Source: Candidatus Berkelbacteria bacterium Licking1014_7
Lineage (GTDB): Bacteria > Patescibacteriota > UBA1384 > GWA2-35-9 > CG2-30-39-44
Assembly (NCBI GenBank): GCA_007376535.1
Contig: VMGK01000005.1
Coordinates: forward strand, 2,085-66,084
DNA: 64,000 nucleotides
Reading direction: 5' to 3'
Position 1 is the stretch's first letter; every line of letters starts with the position of its first letter. The notes under the pieces are model-generated. The model was not told the origin of the DNA, made no database searches, and was given only the letters and a program-made list of their open reading frames with translations. The position numbers were made by a program, and so were the translations under genes. Below, one piece after another: positions 1-9,104 of the stretch.

Positions 1-281
1 TGGTGGATAGCCGACGGACTGGCGACAGCGGCGGGACAAATAAAGACGAAAGCATTCCAGCCGGCGAGATGGTTTCAGTGGTAACGTTGGGCGCTTATAA
101 TTTTGTCAAAGTGGATGCCGGCAGTAAAGCGATTGCGGTCGGCGACTATTTGAAATCGTCCAGTAATCCGGGATACGCAACGCGGGCAGACCAGCCCAAG
201 CAGAGTTATACTTTTGGTCGCGCGCTCGGCGCTTGCCCTAAAAACACCACCTGCGAGATACCGGTTTTGATTTTAAGATAG
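1..281 (+). CDS. 3' end of a larger protein (partial at window edge); beta-rich C-terminal domain of the kind seen on surface/tail-fibre-like proteins
   Basis: Open frame from window start to TAG at 281; sequence VTLGA..VKVDA...I.VGD.L.SS..PG.A.....GRAL. Confidence 0.5.
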   Translation, partial: VDSRRTGDSGGTNKDESIPAGEMVSVVTLGAYNFVKVDAGSKAIAVGDYLKSSSNPGYATRADQPKQSYTFGRALGACPKNTTCEIPVLILR

Positions 282-398
282 ACAACAAACTTCATTCTTA
301 AATCTGTAGAGCAATGATTATCAACCTGGCGCTTTTTGTGTTGTCAACCGTTGGCTTCGGCGTTCAGCAAATTTACGCCGGTGTCTGAGGTATAAATA

Positions 399-1004
399 AT
401 GTCTAAAACAATTCTTTTTGTTGACGGTTCGAATTTATACGGTGGTTTCACAGAGATATTAAAACCGGGAGAATATTTTGATTTTTCATCTTTTCTTAAG
501 ATTATGGAAAAAGATTTCAAAATAGATCAAGTAAATTTTTACGGCACCTATATGCGAATAGATAAAAGAAAATCAAAAGAAATTCATAAATTATCGGTTA
601 TGGCTCAGAAAGCGTTTTTTGACAGCGCCAAAAGAAATCCTAAGGTTAAATTTACCAAAGGGCATTTTTCGGGTTTTGGCAAAGAGAAAGCAGTGGATGT
701 GAAACTGGCGGTTGATATAGCAGTCGGCGCGGCGAGGAATGAATATAAGGAGGCGATTATAATGACAGGAGACGCTGATTTTATCTATGCGGTTCGGACC
801 GCAAAAAACGAAGGCAAACCAGTGCATTTGGCGGCGTTTTGCACTCGCTTTCCATACGGAATGTTTTTTTCCGCAGATCAAAAAATCGTTTATGATTTTG
901 GCAGATATTTTAAGAAACACATTTTGCCTAACCTGAAATTCAAGCCCAAGAACCTGATTATTAAAGAAATCAGCCCGAAAATTAAAATTAAAGTGATAAA
1001 ATGA
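399..1004 (+). CDS. NYN domain (LabA/DUF88, PIN-like) putative ribonuclease
   Basis: Motifs FVDGSN, EKAVDVKLAVD, TGDADF; GAGG RBS upstream. Confidence 0.9.
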   Translation: MSKTILFVDGSNLYGGFTEILKPGEYFDFSSFLKIMEKDFKIDQVNFYGTYMRIDKRKSKEIHKLSVMAQKAFFDSAKRNPKVKFTKGHFSGFGKEKAVDVKLAVDIAVGAARNEYKEAIIMTGDADFIYAVRTAKNEGKPVHLAAFCTRFPYGMFFSADQKIVYDFGRYFKKHILPNLKFKPKNLIIKEISPKIKIKVIK

Positions 1005-1039
1005 AGAACCCGACACTTTGTGCCGGGTATGTTGTTTAT

Positions 1040-1068
1040 AGTATAATAAATTAAATTAATGCTGTCAA
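1040..1068 (-). promoter_or_regulatory. Sigma70-type promoter pointing antisense into the NYN gene 3' end
   Basis: Minus strand TTGACA-17 nt-TATACT, followed by hairpin at 1008-1028. Confidence 0.6.
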
Positions 1069-1152
1069 GAGGGAGTTATCCACAGAAAATAATCTCAAAT
1101 GATAAAACTATAATATCAATTTTCAAAATTATCTTGTTTGAAACATTGATAA

Positions 1153-1259
1153 TTGAAACATTGTAAATTCAATGCCTGCCCGCCATAATTGCCTGAATGG
1201 AACACGAATGAATAATTCGAGTGGAATATCAAGCAATGAAGGTGGGAAAATTGAGAATT
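1153..1259. repeat. ~107-bp repeat (CCTG-hairpin element in heptamer host); second copy at 7219-7325
   Basis: The two copies differ at about 2 positions by eye. Confidence 0.9.
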
Positions 1260-1338
1260 GAAAATTGAATTCAAGATTTTAAACTTTACATTGTCATTTT
1301 GAGATTTGAATTTTGAGATTTGAATTTGAGATAGATTT

Positions 1339-2775
1339 ATGAAAAATTTCAACAAAAAACTCATTTTGTTCATTCTGGCGCTTTTTGTGTTGTCAACCGT
1401 TGGCTTCGGCGTCCAGCAAATTTACGCTTCGTTTTTGCGCGTTTCAAATTTGAATAAAGGTTTAGTCGGGCAGTGGGATTTGTCAAAAGAGAGTATGAAG
1501 TCGGCAACTGTTTTTGGGGACAGAACCCCTTACGGAAACAACGGCACTTCGGCAAACACTCCCACCCTTACCACTGACCAAAAAGGTCAGGCGAACAAGG
1601 CTTTGAGCTTTAATGGGACGAGTGATTATGTGGGAACTGGGACGAAAGTGTTATCTTCTTTCACTGCCATTACTGTAAGTGCTTGGGTTAAGTTTAATAC
1701 AACCGCAAATTATGACGGTTGGGTTAATCAGTGGGGGTCAGGCGTCTATAATGGATATGCTCATAGGATTTCAGATTCAGCCCCATATAAACAATACTTT
1801 GAGGTAAGTATAAACGATGAGAATCATGCTATTGGCGCTACGACTTTATCTACAGGAACTTGGTATCATCTTGTCGGGACGTGGACTAGCGGAGATAATG
1901 TTAGGGTTTATCTTAATGGAACATTAGATGGTACAAGCGCAACTGTGAAGACAGGAACTATTACGCCAAACAAAAATTTTGGAATAGGTTTCCTGCAATG
2001 GAGTGGAGCGAACCCTGCGAACTATCACAACGGCTCCATTAACGATGTGCGTATATACAATCGGGCGTTGACCCAAACCGAAATCACCCAACTTTACAAT
2101 CAATACGCTCCCAAACTCCAAGTCAACTCTTTAAGCAAAGGACTTGTCGGGCAGTGGAAACTCTCGCAGGCAAGCAAAAAAGGAACATTATACGGCGACT
2201 CCACCCCTTATTCCAACGACGGAACACCAGTAGGCACAACCCCCACCACCGACAGGCACGGACAAAGCAATATGGCTTTAAGTTTTAATGGGACGAGTGA
2301 TTGGGTGGATTTAGGAAATTTTTTAACGAATTGGCAACCACAAAGTATTTATACATTATCAGTTTGGTTTAAAACTACACTATCAGGTACAAACCAAGCA
2401 GTATTTGGTAATTTACAAAGTGGAGCACATGGCTATATTATTAGGATGCAAAATGAATCTATTTCTTATACTGTCTATGGTAGTGGAGTCAACGGAGTAT
2501 CTGCTTCAGCAAACTGGGTTAATATCCCAGATTCTAATTGGAATCATCTAGTCGTAATTGGAAATAATAAGGTTTTTAGTTTTTATCTAAATGGAAATCT
2601 CGTTCCAATAACTTCAAATAATTTAGTAGATGCTTCTTATACAGTGGGTGCTACACAAAGCACTAGAATAGGAGATGCATGGGTTTTTAAATTTACCGGC
2701 TCCATCTCCGATGTCCGCATTTACAATCGGGCGTTGAGCGCCGCTGAAATTTTGCAGTTGTATAATTTGTACTAA
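1339..2775 (+). CDS. Secreted or membrane-anchored protein with two tandem LamG/concanavalin-A-like domains
   Basis: N-terminal hydrophobic signal; two repeats GLVGQW...ALSFNGTSD.V...W.HLV...Y.NG...GSI.DVRIYNRAL. Confidence 0.9.
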   Translation: MKNFNKKLILFILALFVLSTVGFGVQQIYASFLRVSNLNKGLVGQWDLSKESMKSATVFGDRTPYGNNGTSANTPTLTTDQKGQANKALSFNGTSDYVGTGTKVLSSFTAITVSAWVKFNTTANYDGWVNQWGSGVYNGYAHRISDSAPYKQYFEVSINDENHAIGATTLSTGTWYHLVGTWTSGDNVRVYLNGTLDGTSATVKTGTITPNKNFGIGFLQWSGANPANYHNGSINDVRIYNRALTQTEITQLYNQYAPKLQVNSLSKGLVGQWKLSQASKKGTLYGDSTPYSNDGTPVGTTPTTDRHGQSNMALSFNGTSDWVDLGNFLTNWQPQSIYTLSVWFKTTLSGTNQAVFGNLQSGAHGYIIRMQNESISYTVYGSGVNGVSASANWVNIPDSNWNHLVVIGNNKVFSFYLNGNLVPITSNNLVDASYTVGATQSTRIGDAWVFKFTGSISDVRIYNRALSAAEILQLYNLY

Positions 2776-2910
2776 TCCTCATCCTTTCACCTAACCCAAT
2801 TTTACGACACGGAGTGTCGTAAATCGTATTTTCATTTTTTAACGAGGCTCCATCTCCTTGACCCGTTAGTAGTGTTCCGCACTACTTTACGGGTCGATGT
2901 CCGCATCTAC

Positions 2911-3204
2911 ACCCTGTGAAATTTGTAAATTTTTGAAGATAAGATGAAATTTTATTATACTTATATCCTTAAAAGTATAAAAGACAATAAATTGTATACT
3001 GGTTCAACAAAAAATTTACAAGAACGATTTGAGCAACATTGTAAGGGAAAAGTTTTTTCAACTAAGCATCGCAGACCATTAGAATTGATATACTATGAAG
3101 CTTGCTTAAATGAAAATGATGCTCGTCGCAGAGAAAGAGTATTCAAATCTTACAGAGGTAAAATGTTTATAAAAAGAAGGCTCAAATCGTATTTCACAGG
3201 GTAA
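2911..3204 (+). mobile_element. Inverted-repeat-bounded GIY-YIG mini-cassette (294 bp)
   Basis: Perfect 12-bp IR ACCCTGTGAAAT (2911-2922) / ATTTCACAGGGT (3191-3202); flanks rejoin into a continuous coding relic. Confidence 0.75.
2944..3204 (+). CDS. Stand-alone GIY-YIG nuclease
   Basis: YTYILKS..D.KLYTGSTKNL.ERF.QH..G....T..RRPL.LIYYE.......A..RE..K. Confidence 0.92.
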   Translation: MKFYYTYILKSIKDNKLYTGSTKNLQERFEQHCKGKVFSTKHRRPLELIYYEACLNENDARRRERVFKSYRGKMFIKRRLKSYFTG

Positions 3205-3316
3205 AATCGCGCCCTCATCGCCGCCGAAGTCCAACAACTCTACAATTCCTACTAATCCCATTATTCTCTTAAACTTTTATACTCTTACACTTTGAAACTT
3301 TACCCTTGTATACTAT

Positions 3317-3413
3317 GAACCCATTGCAAATCTCTCCAATCTACTACAATATGCCACATTTGGCTACAAAATACTCATCGTTCGTCATCGTCCGCCTTGG
3401 CGGATGCTTCCTC
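3317..3413 (-). repeat. Half copy of rod-shaped palindromic element (full copy at 21724-21888)
   Basis: Near-identical to 21725-21821 and 24892-24988. Confidence 0.9.
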
Positions 3414-3696
3414 TTCCGTCTCAGTGATGAGCAATCTCGCCGAGGGTTTTGAGCGCGGAACGCGCGAAGATCAAATTTATTTTTACTATATCGCCAAAGC
3501 ATCAGCCGGTGAAGTTCGTTGTCAGCTTTACATCGCGTATGACCAGAATTTCATTACAAAACAAGAATTAGACGATAACCTTACTCTTTGCAAAAAAACT
3601 TCCGCCACAATTTACCGCTTCATTGAGAGTGTAAAAGTTTCAGAGTATAAGGGTTTAAAGTTCAGAAAACCGATTAGAATTTTGGAAAAATTATGA
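3414..3696 (+). pseudogene. Four-helix-bundle protein (23S rRNA IVP-like), 5'-truncated by the repeat
   Basis: SVMSNLAEGFERG...F..IAKASAGEVRCQLYIAYD motif; the family's N-terminal portion is absent and the predicted start lies inside the repeat. Confidence 0.75.
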
Positions 3697-3796
3697 CAAA
3701 CCCAAATTACGGCACTTAATTCCTACCGAATATCGTGATAAGATATTAAAGAAAGGTAAAAACTCTTAAACAGGAAAAGGGGAAGGAGAGATAGAT

Positions 3797-6637
3797 CTAC
3801 TTGGTCTTGAAATTGTAAATAGAACTGGTGGCGGAGTTGGCGCTGCTGTCTTGCGAAACGATCTTAAAATAATATACGGTGGCGCTATTGAGATTGGCAA
3901 GCGTCAAAGAGTGGTTAGTAAATCCAGTTGTTTCTGTGACGGTTTTGGCATTAAGCGTGGTATTAATCAGTCCGTATTGGATATAACTTTGGCTAGGTTT
4001 GTCTGTTGTAAAACTAATTATGGCGGAGTTGGCAGTGGCTGAAACCAAGATATTGGAAATTTTAGGACCACTAGTATCAGGAGATACCAAAAATTTTATT
4101 TGTTTGTAAGCGGACGCCCCATTTTTATCAAAAGCAAAAGCGGTTAAAGTATGTTCTCCGACTGATAATCCATTCACATTGTAGGCGAGAGAGTAGGGGC
4201 TTGATGTGGCTTTGCCTATTTCAATATTATCAATTGAAAACGCCACTTCCCTGATTTCAAAATGCGCAGACGCAGATGCGGAAAAAACGGTTTCGCCTGT
4301 GGTCGTAGAATTTTCAGTCGGCGCAATTATTTCCATCACCGGCAATTTGTCTAACGAATTATACATATCGTCTTTTTCAGTCGGCGGCTGGTTGTCCATT
4401 CCTCGTTCAGCCGCCCACGCCAAAACCGGTCCCTCCCAGTTGCTGTTTTGCGGTTTTTCCGAGTGAATTTCTGTGTATAATTTTTCCTCAATTACTTCTT
4501 TAGGGGTAAATTCAGTGGCTAATTTACCATTTAATTTATTGATTTTAACCCGAATATGAATGTCGTCTTTTTTATCTGGCGCCTGCCAAGAGGTAAAAAT
4601 GTCCTTGATAATTTCCGGTGAATCAGCGGTAGGAAGTTTGTTGGATAATTTGTCAACTTCTATTTCGCGAATGCCCGACGGCTGATCAAAGCCCTTATTT
4701 TCTTTAGACAGCAGAAAACTTTTCATAAAAGCATTCCAAATCGGCGCGGCCACCACTGATCCGTCCGCGCCTTTTTTCATTCCGTCATTATTAGTATTTC
4801 CCACCCAGACAGCGGTTGAAATTTGCGGGGTATAACCCACAGTCCAGGCATCGTGAAACTCTTGAGTGGTGCCTGTCTTGACTGCCACTGTCTTGCCCGG
4901 AATGCTTAAATTATTGGTAAATCCAAAGACAGCGCCGCGGGCGTGATTGTCTGATAAAATATTGTTGATTTGGTAAGCGATTTGCGGATCAAGCACTGGT
5001 TTTGTTTCAAGATTTTCTGTCTTAAATTCTTCAAGTATTTTTCCGTTGTCGTCCTCGACTTTTAGTATGCCGGTGAGGGGCGCTTTTTTTCCTCCATTGG
5101 CAAAGACGCTAAAGGCGCCTGCCATTTCAATCGGTTTGACTTCGCCGCCGCCTAACACCAGAGAAAGTCCGTATCTGTCGGGTTGGGTTAAAGTGGTAAT
5201 TCCCAAATCCGCAGCGGTTTCCAGCGCTTTTTTAACGCCGACTAACCCCAATGTTTTGACTGCGGGAATGTTCAGAGAATTAGCCAGCGCCAAGCGCATT
5301 GAGACCGGACCGCGCTTGGAGCCGTCATAATTGTTGGGTACATAACCGCCGCCAAAATCAGTCGTAAGGTCAAAAAGAGTAAAAGCTGGGTTGTATTTAT
5401 CTTTGAAAGCAGTGGCGTAGACGATGGGCTTAAAAGACGAGCCCGGTTGGCGATTAGAAGTGGTGACATTTACCTGCCCATCAATGTCATCGTTAAAATA
5501 ATCGCGCGAGCCCACCATTGCCAGCACTTGTCCAGTGCTGGGGTCAATGGCGACCAGAGCGGCATTGTTGGCGCCATAGCGGTCTAATTTTTTACTGCCG
5601 GCTTCAATTGCGTCTAACGCTTTTTTTTGCGTATCAATATCTAATGTGGTGGTGACTTTCAGCCCGCCTTCTTCAACCATTTTTTCTCCATATTTTTCAG
5701 CCAGATATTCACGAATATAAAAAACAAAATGAGGAGCGATTAATGACTCGGACAGGGGGGTAAAGGTGATTTTGGCTTGCCGGGCTTTTTCCGCTTCATC
5801 TTTGGTGATATAGCCCAATTTTGCCATTTTTTCTAAAACCAGATCTTTTCGTTTGAGCAGTTTGTCTTTGTTAGCGCCATAAGGCGAGTAAAAAGTGGGC
5901 GCTTGCGGAAGCGCGGCAAGAGTGGCTGATTCTTCAAGTGTTAGATTTTTGGCGGGCTTGCCAAAATATTTACGGGACGCGGCTTCAATCCCATAAGCGG
6001 TTGAGCCATAAGGAATTTCATTTAAGTACATTTCTAAAATTTTGTCTTTGGAGTACATCATTTCCAATTCTAAAGACAGGATGAGTTCTTTAATTTTGCG
6101 CGAATAGGTTTTTTTCGGATTCAGAAGCGCGTTTTTGACATATTGTTGGGTAATGGTGGAGCCGCCTTGGGTAAAGCGCGATTTGCCAGTTAAGTTGTAA
6201 TAAATGGCGCGAAAAACGCCGGAAAAATCTAATCCGCGATGCTGATAAAAATCTTGGTCTTCAATGCTAACCGCAGCTTTTTTAACATAGTCGGGAATTT
6301 GGTCGGACGGAATAATCATCCGTTGTTTTTCGCCAGAAATAGCGTATAAAAGTTCGCCGTTTCGGTCAAGTATTTGGGTGGACTGCGCAGATTTTAGGGT
6401 TTTAAGTTTGGAAATGGCTGGCAGATCTTTGGAATACCAGACGAAAAGAACAACAATTGTCACAAAAAATCCCAGCGCCACTTTGCCGAAAAGTTTTAAC
6501 CAGCCCCTGAATCCTAATTTTTTGAGTTTGCGCCAGATCCTGTGGGGATTTCTAAGGTGGTTGATATGGCGCTTTATTCCGTGAGAAATTCCTAATGGGT
6601 TGAAAAGTCGTTTAATAAATTTCATGATAAAATTCAT
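3797..6637 (-). CDS. Class A penicillin-binding protein (PBP1A family) with C-terminal Ig-like and FN3-like domains
   Basis: Transglycosylase EDQDFYQH, GGSTITQQ, RKIKE; transpeptidase SSFK, SLN, KTGT. Confidence 0.95.
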   Translation of the reverse strand: MNFIMKFIKRLFNPLGISHGIKRHINHLRNPHRIWRKLKKLGFRGWLKLFGKVALGFFVTIVVLFVWYSKDLPAISKLKTLKSAQSTQILDRNGELLYAISGEKQRMIIPSDQIPDYVKKAAVSIEDQDFYQHRGLDFSGVFRAIYYNLTGKSRFTQGGSTITQQYVKNALLNPKKTYSRKIKELILSLELEMMYSKDKILEMYLNEIPYGSTAYGIEAASRKYFGKPAKNLTLEESATLAALPQAPTFYSPYGANKDKLLKRKDLVLEKMAKLGYITKDEAEKARQAKITFTPLSESLIAPHFVFYIREYLAEKYGEKMVEEGGLKVTTTLDIDTQKKALDAIEAGSKKLDRYGANNAALVAIDPSTGQVLAMVGSRDYFNDDIDGQVNVTTSNRQPGSSFKPIVYATAFKDKYNPAFTLFDLTTDFGGGYVPNNYDGSKRGPVSMRLALANSLNIPAVKTLGLVGVKKALETAADLGITTLTQPDRYGLSLVLGGGEVKPIEMAGAFSVFANGGKKAPLTGILKVEDDNGKILEEFKTENLETKPVLDPQIAYQINNILSDNHARGAVFGFTNNLSIPGKTVAVKTGTTQEFHDAWTVGYTPQISTAVWVGNTNNDGMKKGADGSVVAAPIWNAFMKSFLLSKENKGFDQPSGIREIEVDKLSNKLPTADSPEIIKDIFTSWQAPDKKDDIHIRVKINKLNGKLATEFTPKEVIEEKLYTEIHSEKPQNSNWEGPVLAWAAERGMDNQPPTEKDDMYNSLDKLPVMEIIAPTENSTTTGETVFSASASAHFEIREVAFSIDNIEIGKATSSPYSLAYNVNGLSVGEHTLTAFAFDKNGASAYKQIKFLVSPDTSGPKISNILVSATANSAIISFTTDKPSQSYIQYGLINTTLNAKTVTETTGFTNHSLTLANLNSATVYYFKIVSQDSSANSATSSIYNFKTK

Positions 6638-7362
6638 ATTAAATTAAAATTAAGAATGCAGAATGAAGAAATTAAATTATAATTAAGAAATTTTTGATTT
6701 GCCTGCCCTGCCAGAATGAAATCTACCGCGCCCGCCAAAGTGAAATCTAATTTGAGAAGACCTGCCCGCCATCGCTATCGCTCAGGCGATTAGCAGGCGG
6801 GGGAATTATCACCTAATTCTGGAAGAGATTGAATGCGGGCGGGGTTATTTCAATTCTTAATTCTTCATTTTTATTTCTTATTTTGCATTTGCATTATAGC
6901 ATAAAATGGATTACAATAAAATAAAATAAAGCAATCTCAAATCTCAAATTTCAAAACATTAAAAAGATTTAAGAATATAGAATAATCCTAATTATACGAC
7001 TGACGCAAAACTACCTTTTTATATTTTCTTGGATAATCGCTAAAAGCAATCTCAAAATCCAAATCTCCCGCCCGCCATCGCTAGCGCTCAGGCGCTTAGC
7101 GGGCAGGCAAATCTCAAAGTGTAATGCAATGTCTAAAATAAAGGGGATTAAACCGCATTTTCAAATATTCCATATCAATTTTCAATGACACAATTTTCAG
7201 ATATTCCTGTTTGTTACATTGAAACATTGTAAATTCAATGCCTGCCCGCCATAATTGCCTGAATGGAACACGAATGAATAATTCGAGTGGAATATCAAGC
7301 AATAAAGGTGGGTAAATTGAGAATTCTAAATTGTAAATTGAATTCAAAGTTTTAAGAATAAT

Positions 7363-8553
7363 ATGAGTAAATTAACAGCGAAAATTAGCGATTTATTGAC
7401 CCGCGGAGTTTCAGAAATTATTGTTAAGCGCGATTTGGAAAAGCAACTTTTATCCGGGAAAAAATTAAGAATTAAACTTGGGCTTGATTCAAATATTCCT
7501 GATTTGCATTTGGGGCACGCAGTCAATCTGAGAAAATTGCGCGCGTTTCAGGACTTGGGGCATCAAGCGATTTTGATTCTGGGCGATTATACCGCCGCGA
7601 TTGGCGATCCGTCTGGACAAGATAAAACCAGACCGGCGGTTGATGTTTGCCAGACAAAAAAAAACGCGCGGGAATTTTTGAGGCAAGCCGGCAAAATTTT
7701 GGATAAAAATAAAACCGAGGCGCATTGTAATTCCGAGTGGTTTTCTAAAATGAGTTTTTTGGATGTTTTGAATTTGGCGTCCAAAATGACAGTTAAGCAT
7801 ATTTTGAGTCATGACACATTCAGACGAAGAATTAAAAAAGACCAGCCATTTTTTATGCACGAGTTGATGTATCCTTTGATGCAGGGTTATGATAGCGTGA
7901 TGGTGGCTGCTGATGTGGAGTTGGGCGCCAGCGAGCAGAAATTTAATTTGCTTTCTGGCAGGCGGTTGCAGAGGGCATTTGGGCAAAAAGAGCAAAATAT
8001 TTTGATGATGAGGTATTTGATTGGCACAGACGGAAAAGAAAAAATGTCTAAGACACTTGGTAATTTTATCTCTTTGCGCGACAGCGCCAGCGAGATGTAC
8101 GGAAAAATAATGTCAATTCCAGATGTATTGATGCGTGAGTATTTTGAATTATGCGCTGATTTGGAAGTTGGGGAAATTGACAAGTTGATGGTTTCAGCCA
8201 AAACAGAGCCCAAAAAAGTTAAAGAACGATTGGCTGGCGAGATTGTTAAAATGTATTATAGTGAAAAAGATGTTCAATTGGCAAAGCAAGAATTTGATAA
8301 TGTTTTTGGCGCGGTTAGCGGCGCTCCCAGCAAAATTCAGGAAGTTGGTCTGGGCGCAAAAAAAATTGTCTTACTGGGCGCGTTGGTGAAAACCGGTTTG
8401 GTTTTGTCGCGCTCCGAAGCGCGCAGATTAGTCGTCCAGGGCGGGGTGAAAATTGATCAGCAAAAAGTTGATGATGTCAATTTGATAATTGATTTGTCGC
8501 GTCCGAAAATTTTGCAAGTGGGAAAAAGGAAGTTTGTTAGGATTAAAAGTTGA
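7363..8553 (+). CDS. tyrS: Tyrosine--tRNA ligase
   Basis: HLGH and KMSKT motifs, YPLMQGYD, C-terminal S4 domain. Confidence 0.97.
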   Translation: MSKLTAKISDLLTRGVSEIIVKRDLEKQLLSGKKLRIKLGLDSNIPDLHLGHAVNLRKLRAFQDLGHQAILILGDYTAAIGDPSGQDKTRPAVDVCQTKKNAREFLRQAGKILDKNKTEAHCNSEWFSKMSFLDVLNLASKMTVKHILSHDTFRRRIKKDQPFFMHELMYPLMQGYDSVMVAADVELGASEQKFNLLSGRRLQRAFGQKEQNILMMRYLIGTDGKEKMSKTLGNFISLRDSASEMYGKIMSIPDVLMREYFELCADLEVGEIDKLMVSAKTEPKKVKERLAGEIVKMYYSEKDVQLAKQEFDNVFGAVSGAPSKIQEVGLGAKKIVLLGALVKTGLVLSRSEARRLVVQGGVKIDQQKVDDVNLIIDLSRPKILQVGKRKFVRIKS

Positions 8554-8850
8554 TATTTTAAAATTGGAAGTGAAATGGCAATAAACCCAAGTAAAGAATG
8601 CCGAGGGCAAAGCCCGATGATTCTTTACTTATATTTTGAGGTATAATTGATTTTCAGCACGCCCGCCCACTTGCATTCAATCTCTTACAATATCCTGTCA
8701 AATCCTAAATTATACAATGTCAAAGTCCAAAATCCAAAGACCAAATCAAATCCTAATGATTCAATGTCAAAGTCCAAATTTTTTGACATTAAGATTTTGG
8801 ATTTTGGTATTCATTTGGCATTTGGAACAATTTGGATTTTGACATTTATT

Positions 8851-8927
8851 TGCCTGCCCCGTAAAATTTCTTAATTGCCTGCCCCGTAATCCGCCTCAGG
8901 CGGATGTGCGGGGTAATTTAATTTCTT
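8851..8927. repeat. Nested CCTG-CCCCG hairpin elements; second copy at 33738-33814
   Basis: Identical arms with a different central hairpin in the two copies. Confidence 0.85.
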
Positions 8928-9104
8928 CTCCGTCAGCTGACGGACTTCATCCTTAATTCTTATTTAATTTTGTAATAAAAAAAATATGCCAAGCAGTGGT
9001 GGGTCAAAAACCCCGGATTTTAATCCATGCGTAGTTGATTGTATGTCTTTGTTTGTTGTAGGCATATTAATCATTGTAGGGATATTAAAAATAATTTTAT
9101 AGAG

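Larger units (their letters stand above)
2846..3255 (+). pseudogene. Relic copy of a LamG gene 3' end interrupted by two insertions
   Basis: Removing 2858-2895 and 2911-3204 restores GSISDVRIYNRALIAAEVQQLYNSY*, paralogous to 2698-2775. Confidence 0.85.

Noticed and set aside
1076-1084. Replication origin
   Set aside because: Only one DnaA box noticed and no dnaA context.
1116-1373. Short ORFs over intergenic repeats (also 7114-7347, 8647-8874, 46022-46243, 56335-56628) and antisense shadow ORFs
   Set aside because: They are translations of heptamer or palindromic repeats, or lie opposite well-supported genes.
2698-3696. Diversity-generating retroelement (duplicated gene end plus Avd-like four-helix protein)
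   Set aside because: Differences between the copies are mostly synonymous and not adenine-specific; no reverse transcriptase in the window.
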